Shown here one piece after another: positions 54,138-64,000 of a stretch of DNA of 64,000 nucleotides. The notes below the pieces were generated by a model. That model ran no database searches. It saw only the letters and a list, made by a program, of their open reading frames with translations, and was not told the origin of the DNA. The DNA lies in the NCBI GenBank assembly GCA_964016885.1, contig OZ024740.1, positions 216,256,001-216,320,000 of the forward strand, given 5' to 3'. The first letter of the stretch is position 1. Each line of letters starts with the position of its first letter. The stretch is from Eledone cirrhosa (lineage: Eukaryota). Both the position numbers and the translations under genes were made by a program.

Positions 54138-54780
54138 GTGGAATGGCAGTATCGGTAGAGGGTGGGACGCCATGCTTTGACGCATAGAGTTACGGCCCTT
54201 GCCATTCTGAGTTCAAATCCCGCTGAGGTTAACTTTGCCTTTCATCCTTACGGGGTCGATAAAATAAAGTACCAGTAATGCACTGGATAATTGCTGGCCT
54301 TGTGTCAAAAGTAGAAACAATTATTTCATCCTCGTGGGTGGTGGATTGGCAGTATCGGTAGAGGGTCGGATGTCATGCTTTGCAGCATAGAGCTACGGTC
54401 TTTTACGGTCTGAGTTCAAATCCCGTCGAGGTTAACTTTACCTGTCATCCTTACGGGGTCGATAAAATAAAGTACCAGTAATGTACTGGGCTAATTGCTG
54501 ACCTTGTGCCAAATGTAGAAACGATTATTTCCTCCTCCTGTCTTAAGTGTATTTCTTACTGTGGTCATCATCTTTGCTTTTCATTAGGATCGATACCAGT
54601 ATATATTATTATCTTCCTGGGGCGAATTAAAAGTCGTTAGAGCGTAGAGAATGCCTTGTGGTATTCTAATTATTTACGTTTTTCAGTTCCAATGCCAGGA
54701 AGGTTAACTTTGCCCTTCAGCCTTTTGGATTTGATAAAATGAAGTTAGCAGTCATGTACTGGAATTGGTATAGTCGACTT
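54138..54780 (+). mobile_element. three consecutive Nin/Deu-type SINEs
   Basis: Copies at about 54138-54325 and 54336-54529, and an older one at 54620-54780. Confidence 0.8.
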
Positions 54781-54899
54781 CCTACTCCACCCTAGAGATA
54801 TGTCAAATTCCATAAAATAAATTGTAGTTTAATCAACAGTTTCGAATCATCCCCCACTCCACCCCATCTCACACGCATGTATATTTTATTTATATTTAT

Positions 54900-56568
54900 A
54901 GTCTATTCCATTGACTGTACATACATGTGGTAGTCTAATGTATTGACTGTACATACATGTGGTAGTCTAATGTATTGACTGTACATACATCTGGTAGTCT
55001 AATGTATTGACTGTACATACATCTGGTAGTCTAATGTATTGACTGTACATACATCTGGTAGTCTAATCCATGGACTGTACATACATCTGGTAGTCTAATG
55101 TATTTTACTGTTCATACATCTGGTAGTCTAATGTATTGACTGTACATACATCTGGTAGTCTAATGTATTGACTGTACATGCATGTGGTAGTCTAATGTAT
55201 TGACTGTACATACATCTGGTAGTCTAATGTATTGACTGTACATACATCTGGTAGTCTAATGTATTGATTGTACATACATCTGGTAGTCTAATGTATTGAC
55301 TGTACATACATCTGGTAGTCTAATGTATTGACTGTACATACATCTGGTAGTCTAATGTATTGACTGTACATACATCTGGTAGTCTAATGTATTGATTGTA
55401 CATACATCTGGTAGTCTAATGTATTGACTGTACATACATCTGGTAGTCTAATGTATTGACTGTACATATATCTGGTAGTCTAATCCATTGACTGTACATA
55501 TATCTGGTAGTCTAATCCATGGACTGTACATACATCTGGTAGTCTAATCCATTGACTGTACATACATCTGGTAGTCTACTGTATTGACTGTACATACATC
55601 TGGTAGTCTAATCCATGGACTGTACATACACCTGGTAGTCTAATGTGTTGACTGTACATACATCTGGTAGTCTAATGTGTTGACTGTACATACATCTGGT
55701 AGTCTAATGTATTGACTGTACATACATCTGGTAGTCTAATGTGTTGACTGTACATACATCTGGTAGTCTAATGTATTGACTGTACATACATCTGGTAGTT
55801 TAATGTATTGACTGTACATACATCTGGTAGTCTAATCCATTGACTGTACATACATCTGGTAGTCTACTGTATTGACTGTACATACATCTGGTAGTCTAAT
55901 GTATTGACTGTACATACATCTGGTAGTCTAATGTATTGACTGTACATACATCTGGTAGTCTACTGTATTGACTGTACATACATCTGGTAGTCTAATCCAT
56001 GGACTGTACATACATCTGGTAGTCTAATGTATTGACTGTACATACATCTGGTAGTCTAATCCATGGACTGTACATACATCTGGTAGTCTAATCCATGGAC
56101 TGTACATACATCTGGTAGTCTAATCCATGGACTGTACATACATCTGGTAGTCTAATGTGTTGACTGTACATACATCTGGTAGTCTAATGTATTGACTGTA
56201 CATACATCTGGTAGTCTAATGTGTTGACTGTACATACATCTGGTAGTCTAATCCATGGACTGTACATACATCTGGTAGTCTAATGTATTTTACTGTTCAT
56301 ACATCTGGTAGTCTAATGTATTGACTGTACATACATCTGGTAGTCTAATGTATTGATTGTACATACATCTGGTAGTCTAATCCATTGACTGTACATACAT
56401 CTGGTAGTCTAATCCATGGACTGTACATACATCTGGTAGTCTAATGTGTTGACTGTACATACATCTGGTAGTCGAATGTGTTGACTGTACATACATCTGG
56501 TAGTCTAATGTATTGGCTGTACATACATCTGGTAGTCTGTGTTGACTGTACATACATCTGGTAGTCTA
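54900..56568. repeat. 32-bp minisatellite, about 52 copies
   Basis: Unit tagtctaatgtattgactgtacatacatctgg. Confidence 0.97.
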
Positions 56569-57414
56569 TATGTGTTATAGTCACCAAAACTATTTCTTCA
56601 TTAGAAATAAACTGATATTAGCTGATAACTTTGGATATCCTTTATAGTTCCTCTTTTTTTTTGTTCTTTTTGTGTTTTTTGCTTCAATTTTTCTGTTTGA
56701 TCACTTTTGACTCCCCACCTCCACACCCCTCTTTTCCCTTCCTTTTTTCGGTGGGGTGGGGTGGCTGTTGTATGTGAGAAATGCAACCTCCTCATTCTTT
56801 GAATCACCATGTACATATTCATCAAATTACTCAGTCTGTCAGTCAGTCTCTCACCCTCTCTCTTTATCTCTCACCTCTCTCTCAGCCCTCTCTCTCCCTA
56901 TCTCCCCCCTCTCTCCCCCTTTCTCTCACAACTCTCTCCCTATCTCTCTGCGCCTCTCTTACCCACTCTCTTCCTCTCTTACCTCTCCCCTCTCCCTATC
57001 TCTCACCCCTCTCTCTCTCCCAAATTCGTGTAGGTATTTCTGTGCAGTTAGTTGATGTCTGTGTTGTAAATAATGCACACAAGCATACACACACAATCAC
57101 ACAAGATATATATACAGACACACACATAGCTTCTCACTTGTTTTCATATTAATATGTCAACACTCCTTTTATCATTATTAAGAGGAAATGATGAAAGACG
57201 AAGAGGAAAAAGAAACTGTTGTTTCTTTTGTCTTTGCCACTGAAAGGTAAAGACAATAAATGTCTTCAGATCCTCAGAGACTGTTAGGAGGAAGTTATCT
57301 GAAGATCAAAGCCTGAATAATTGTAATAGAGTAAACTCAGGTAAATCCACCCTACCAGGTGTCAGGAGGCGTGTGTTAAGTTGGGAAATATACTATGTCT
57401 ACCACCCAGTTACA

Positions 57415-57880
57415 GGCACCCAGTACTCACTGTAAATGTGGTTGTGTAGGAGTCATGATAAAAGGCACCCAGTACACACCGTGAGGTGGTCATATAGGTG
57501 TCATGGCAAAAGGTACTCAGTACTCACTGTAAGGTGGTCATATAGGAGTCATGATAAAAGGTACCCAGTACTCACTGTAAAGTGGTCATGTAGGTGTCAT
57601 GATAAAAGGCACCCAGTACACACTGTAAAGTGGTCATGTAGGTGTCATGATAAAAGGCACCCAGTACACACTGTAAAGTGATTATGTAGGTGTCATATTA
57701 AAAAGCATCCACACTGTAAATGTGGTTGGTGTTAGGAAGGGCATCCAGCCATAGAACCCAAGCCAAAATCAGTTCTGTATGAGCAATACATGGTCACCTG
57801 CTCTGACTGGTCTCACAATAAGACAACTCGTCTAACCCATGCTAGCATGGTAAAATGAATGTTAAATGGTGATGATGATT
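57415..57880 (+). mobile_element. SINE/RTE 3' tail with internal 48-bp tandem repeat
   Basis: About 6 copies of ggcacccagtacacactgtaaagtggtcatgtaggtgtcatgataaaa, then ggtgttaggaagggcatccag and a (gat)n end. Confidence 0.8.
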
Positions 57881-58690
57881 GTTCAACATAAAGCTATGGT
57901 AGGCAGTTACACTTTCACTTCTATATCTTTTATTAAAAAAAACACTGCCTTGGAGAATAATCGATAATTTGAAGGGATTTAATAATATAACTTCCTAATT
58001 GTTAAGTTGGTGTTTGGAACATAACTTAATAAGGTTCTTAAAGTTATAATGGAAGGTTTTTATATAATTATATTTTATAACAAATAGCTTTGTCCATGGT
58101 TGGTTTCAGGTAGTTTTGTATTAAAAAGTTATGGGTCCACGAAATTCCATAGTCTGTTGCTTCTAATACAGGTATTCTTGACTATGTTGTTAATTGCTTC
58201 CACAAGTCAAGATTTAAGTAAAATACCGACGCATGTCAAATAAACCCCTCCTTCCCTATAAACCCCTAATAGGTCTCCCTGCATTACATTATGTTGTATA
58301 TTTTAGCATTTGTTTAAATGTGATTTCATATGTTTTTAGTGTTTTTTATTGTTTAATATTTTTGTCAGACTGACATAAAGTTGAGTCAATCAACATAACA
58401 CAAGGTTTAGTTTTGTCATATAATATTAAGAAAGACTGGTGTAACTTGAAATGTTGTAAGCTGAGGTATACGTGTACATCAGAATGATATTTAAATTATG
58501 GTTTGTTGAGACTGTTGACACAAGGGTACCCTTATTTGGTCGCTTGATCTGCTAGAAATAGTAGCTAAACCTCCCTTAAATCACACACCACTGTCTGAGA
58601 AATGTATTCCTGTGCTCCTTTCAAATAAGAAAAATATGGTATAGTCACAGCAGGAAAACCTTTGATCATACATCACATGATTAAGGTGAT

Positions 58691-58955
58691 CTCAGAGGTA
58701 CTCTTACCTTGGCCTCAGAGGTACACTTATCTTGATCTCAGAGGTACACTTACCTTGACCTCAGAAATACACTAACCTTTACCTGAGAGGTACACTTACC
58801 TTGACCTCAGAAATTCACTAACCTTTACTTCAGAGGTACACTTGCCTTGACCTCAGAAATACACTTACCTTTACCTCGGAGGATTACTTACCTTGACCTC
58901 AGAGGTACACTAACCTTGACCTTGCAGGAACACTAACCTTGACCTTAGAGGTACA
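58691..58955. repeat. 23-bp tandem repeat, about 11 copies
   Basis: Unit ctcagaggtacacttaccttgac. Confidence 0.9.
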
Positions 58956-59258
58956 TTTTACCTTTTACTACTTTTACCTTTTACTACTTTCTTGTGCATG
59001 TCAATGTGTGCACACACACACAGATACTCACACACATGCATATAGTCTTGGATCTCTAAAACCCCAGTGAAACCTAACTTTAACTTATAACCTAATCTAA
59101 CTAACTAACCCAAACTCAAAACGTTAACTCATAAGAGTCAGGCTTAAAAAATAATTTCAAACTTAGAACATTTGAATAAAAGAATGTGGAGATTTTAATA
59201 AACATTATTGCTAGGAATATGTTACATAGCAGAAAACCACAGTCTTTAGAGAGTTGAA

Positions 59259-59339
59259 ACTACTATTACTACTACTGATGATGCTACTACTAATACTACT
59301 GCTGCTGCTACTACTAATACTACTACTGCTGCTGCTGTC

Positions 59340-59408
<69 letters not shown>

Positions 59409-59485
59409 GTTGCTGCTACAACTACCACTACTACTAATACTACTACTGCTGCTATAACTACTACCACCACCACCACCACTACTAT

Positions 59486-59536
<51 letters not shown>

Positions 59537-59555
59537 AACTGCTAATAATAACAAC
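59259..59555. repeat. (CTA)n trinucleotide repeat
   Basis: Imperfect cta/cca/ctg run. Confidence 0.95.
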
Positions 59556-59955
59556 AAATTTGTTTACAGCTAAATAGAATAAAAAATAAAACAATATAAC
59601 TATTTCCTGATTTTTAGTATTTGTCTAGTTTGTCATTTCCCTTCTCTCAGAAACTACAATAACTTGGAAACTACAGAATACTACTACTACTAATGATAAT
59701 AATAATAATACTAACTAGGGTGAAACTCATGTAAACTGTGTCAGTTATGTGTAAAGTGGAATAAAGTTGACTTCCTGTTACTGTTTCAAGAACGAGTGGG
59801 TGGTTATATGTTGAGTTTAACCACCAATGGCCAGCCAACACAGGCTGGAGATATAACATATAGCAACAAGGGTGGTGCTCCAGCATGACCTCAGCTGGAT
59901 GGCTGGTACAGGTAAAAGAGTAAAAGAGAACATGTAATGTGTTATATGTTATGTT

Positions 59956-61564
59956 GGAGTTTAGCCACAGATATATAGAACATGGAGCGTTTAATAATGG
60001 TATGTCTGGAGTTGAACCACAGATATATAGAACATGGAGCGTTTAATAATGGTATGTCTGGAGTTGAACCGCAGATATATAGAACATGGAACGTTTAATA
60101 ATGGTATGTCTGGAGTTTAGCTACAGATATATAGAACATGTAGTGTTTAATAATGGTATGTCTGGAGTTTAGCCACAGATGTATAGAACATGTAGTGTTT
60201 AATAATGGTATGTCCAGAGTTGAACCACAGATATATAGAACATGGAGCGTTTAATAATGGTATGTCTGGAGTTGAACCATAGATATATAGAACATGTAGT
60301 GTTTAATAATGGTATGTCTGGAGTTGAACCACAGATATATAGAACATGTAGTGTTTAATAATGGTATGTCTGGAGTTTAGCCACAGATGTATAGAACATG
60401 TAGTGTTTAATAATGGTATGTCCAGAGTTGAACCACAGATATATAGAACATGGAGCGTTTAATAATGGTATGTCTGGAGTTGAACCATAGATATATAGAA
60501 CATGTAGTGTTTAATAATGGTATGTCTGGAGTTGAACCACAGATATATAGAACATGGAGCGTTTAATAATGGTATGTCTGGAGTTGAACCACAGATATAT
60601 AGAACATGTAGTGTTTAATAATGGTATGTCTGGAGTTTAGCCACAGATATATAGAACATGTGTTTAATAATGGTATGTCTGGAGTTGAACCACAGATATA
60701 TAGAACATGTAGTGTTTAATAATGGTATGTCTGGAGTTGAACCACAGATATATAGAACATGTAGTGTTTAATAATGGTATGTCTGGAGTTTAGCCACAGA
60801 TGTATAGAACATGTAGTGTTTAATAATGGTATGTCTGGAGTTGAACCACAGATATATAGAACATGTAGTGTTTAATAATGGTATGTCTGGAGTTTAGCCA
60901 CAGATGTATAAAACATGTAGTGTTTAATAATGGTATGTCTGGAGTTGAACCACAGATATATAGAACATGGAGCGTTTAATAATGGTATGTCTGGAGTTTA
61001 GCCACAGATATATAGAACATGTAGTGTTTAATAATGGTATGTCTGGAGTTTAGCCACAGATATATAGAACATGTAGTGTTTAATAATGGTATGTCTGGAG
61101 TTTAGCCACAGATATATAGAACATGTAGTGTTTAATAATGCTATGTCTGGAGTTGAACCACAGATATATAGAACATGTAGTGTTTAATAATGGTATGTCT
61201 GGAGTTTAGCCACAGATGTATAGAACATGTAGTGTTTAATAATGGTATGTCTGGAGTTGAACCACAGATATATAGAACATGGAGCGTTTAATAATGGTAT
61301 GTCTGGAGTTGAACCACAGATATATAGAACATGTAGTGTTTAATAATGGTATGTCTGGAGTTTAGCCACAGATGTATAGAACATGGAGTGTTTAATAATG
61401 CTATGTCTGGAGTTGAACCACAGATATATAGAACATGTAGTGTTTAATAATGGTATGTCTGGAGTTTAGCCACAGATGTATAGAACATGTAGTGTTTAAT
61501 AATGGTATGTCTGGAGTTGAACCACAGATATATAGAACATGTAGTGTTTAATAATGGTATGTCT
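59956..61564. repeat. 52-bp minisatellite, about 31 copies
   Basis: Unit ggagttgaaccacagatatatagaacatgtagtgtttaataatggtatgtct. Confidence 0.97.
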
Positions 61565-61699
61565 TTATATCAATTTATTTTTACACTTTACAGTTGATCA
61601 TTGCTGTTTTCAGTGGCATAATAACTTTTGAGATGTTGGGTCACAAAAGTTTTGGAACCTCTTATTAGGGTTTTCAGCTCACAATTATAAGCTTGTGAA

Positions 61700-61950
61700 T
61701 CCAATGCCCAGACCCAGTAGCACATTGTGTTTTTGAGCAAGATGTTGTATTTCATGTTGCTCCAGTTACCCAATTGGAAAATATAAGTACCAACTGTAGC
61801 AGCTAATGGTTAATTCTGTGAAAGACAGATGTCCTGTCCAGAGGGGAATCAATGACATGTGACAACACTGGTGTCAAGCTGCATCAGCCTTTGTCTCTCT
61901 TAAGATAGTGCCCCAACATGGCCACTGTGAAATAACTGAAACCAGTAAAA
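61700..61950 (+). mobile_element. decayed CORE-type SINE
   Basis: tgtgtttttgagcaagatgttgtatttcatgttgctccagtt. Confidence 0.55.
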
Positions 61951-62564
61951 CAGGGTCAGACCAAGTTCTTTAGGTGCTCTTAAGCACATAAAAGATCATG
62001 CTACTTCACATATATAGTCTGGTAAAAAAAATTTTTTTTGGAATGACATACAATTAATTTGAATAAAATGGTGCTTCTCTTTCCTTGATGCTTTAAACAT
62101 GAACTAATTTTGCTTGGTCAAAATACAGATCCATACAAGCAAGATGTGGTCTCCTGACTTGTCTCATAATGTATCGGCCCATCTAACCTGTGCAAGTATA
62201 GAAAATGGATGTTAAACAGTGATGATGATTTATTAAAATATGTCTCTCTCTCCCCCTCTTCCCGTCTCTCACACACACACAAATTTGCACTAATTAAACA
62301 CCATATACACAATGTCAAATATACTTTCTGTATTTGTGACCAGATTCTAAATCAATTGATACAGAATTAATTTTGGGCAACTAGTATCTGAATAACACAG
62401 TATACATTCTAAAGAACTGAACACTTGTATCTGCTCACAGGCTGGGTAGAAAGAAACTCCCTATTTAAAATTGTTAATAACTTTATTAATTAGTGGTCAG
62501 TTTTTGTAAAACATGTTATATTTTGAACAGTATAATGGTAGAAGTACAGTACAGAGTTAAAATT

Positions 62565-62830
62565 TTACAATGGTACCAGTGTTTGTAATTGTTTGAGTTT
62601 ATCCTCGATTGACTTCATCAGGAACTCAGGTGATATGTTTGTCAGTATATGATAAATGTGTTCCTCGAATTGAGTCAGAAGTTTTGGTTTTGAGCTATAA
62701 ACTTCTAGTTGGCCTTTCATATGGACCTCGACTATCCAGTCAACATTCTGGAAATTGGACATCAAGCCACTCATTGACAGTGTGTGCAAAATGAGGAGGG
62801 GGTTCCATCTTGCAAGAATATGAGGTCATA
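62565..62830 (-). pseudogene. Tc1/mariner-superfamily transposase C-terminal relic
   Basis: Minus strand IFLQDG, PPHFAHTVNEWLDVQFPEC, SRGP, EVYSSKPKLLTQFEEHI, ISPEFLMKS; frameshifted. Confidence 0.7.
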
Positions 62831-63599
62831 TGAGGACATTGTCCCAAGTGATCACAGTAGGCCAAATATCTTGCAGCCTGGTTAAGAGTTTCTTTCCACC
62901 CATCTTGTATATGTGTGTGTCTACTAAATTCTCTTCAAAGATCTTGCTTTATACTTTGTAAAGTAGAAAGTAATTCTTATTAGTGGGAGGAGTAACTTAA
63001 GAGTTCTTTGTTAAACATGTTGAACAAGAAAGGTTTTTGCTGTGGTAGAGCCATGTGTTTGATAGTGGTGGTAGTAGTAGTAGTGGTGGTGGTTGTGGTA
63101 GTAGTAAGTTGTGGTAGTGGTGGTGGTAGTAGTAGTGGTGGTTGTGGTGGCAGTAGTGGTAGTAGTAAATTGTAGTAGTGGTGGTATTTGCTGTTGCTTT
63201 TGTTTAACTCAGCCATGAATATCCTCAGTTTTGTTTAACTCAGCCATGAATATCCTCAGTTTGTTTTCTTGGACTGCATATTCCAGTGTATCCTAGGTAT
63301 GATTTGTCTGCTTTTTCTAGCAGATCTACCAACCACATACACCCCAGCCATGACTCTATATTGTCTGCTATTTCTAGCAGATCCACCTACCACCTACCCT
63401 CTAGTCATGACTCTATCTTGTTCTTGTTAATGATAATGACATTGTAAATGTTATTTCTAACTTTTTTAATAAATCTTTTACTTTCCTTGTTTCAACATTT
63501 TAAATTTTTCCTGTTTATTTTTGTTATTTCTGTCGTTTTTTTCTAGTTTCTGGTTAAAAAAACTTTCCTTTCGACTTTTGTCATCAATTTCTTATCTTC

Positions 63600-63880
63600 T
63601 TTTCTTTCTCCCCCTCTCTCACTCACTCTGTCTGTCTTGTTCCCCTCTCTCTCTCTCACTCTCCCTTCTGCTCTCTCTTTCTTCTGTTCTCTCTCACTCT
63701 CTCTTCCACTCTCTTTCTCTCTCTTCTGTTCTCTCTCTCTCTCTCTCTTCTGCTCTTTCTTTCTTCTGTTCTCTCTTCTCTCTCTCTCAACTTGCTCCTT
63801 TTTCTCTCTTCTGTCCTCTCTCTCTATCTGTCTCTCCCGCTCTCCTTCCTACTCTCTTTCTCCCTCTCTCTCTCTCAGTA
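63600..63880. repeat. CT-rich low-complexity tract
   Basis: Imperfect (CT)n. Confidence 0.9.
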
Positions 63881-64000
63881 TGTGTGTGTAACTCCACTTT
63901 ATTCCCTCTCCTTTTATCTTTATCTCTCTTCTGCACCCCCCCTTCATCACCACCCTACTTCCTTTCCTATCTCCACTTTCTTCTCTCCTGTTTTATGTCT

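Noticed and set aside
54900-56568. 32-bp repeat array as a CRISPR
   Set aside because: Units are contiguous with no unique spacers, there are no cas genes, and the context is eukaryotic. The same applies to the 58-bp and 52-bp arrays.
59211-59594. Poly-Ser, poly-Val and poly-Leu ORFs
   Set aside because: They come from the (CTA)n trinucleotide repeat.

Overview
AT-rich, repeat-dominated eukaryotic DNA. No host protein-coding gene is recognisable. The mix of tRNA-headed CORE-type and Nin/Deu-type SINEs, RTE-clade LINEs and dense (TA)n/(CA)n tracts resembles an octopus/cephalopod genome (inference). Nearly all long ORFs in the track are microsatellite artefacts. The real coding remnants are one young 5'-truncated RTE LINE (32574-33650, with a C4HC3 PHD-like finger after the RT core), several decayed RTE fragments and a Tc1/mariner transposase relic. 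The window also has MITEs, two non-autonomous Helitrons, many minisatellites and a TE-poor promoter-like island at about 14.6-16.9 kb. The main discovery is a set of short fold-back elements, from several sequence families, sitting in (TA)n tracts. They share one architecture: short inverted arm, variable centre, long arm, then a 40-95 nt unique tail. Several carry type I hammerhead ribozyme motifs with covarying stems and a shared ACTC...GAGT tail hairpin. They are best read as ultra-truncated or non-autonomous Penelope-like retroelements.
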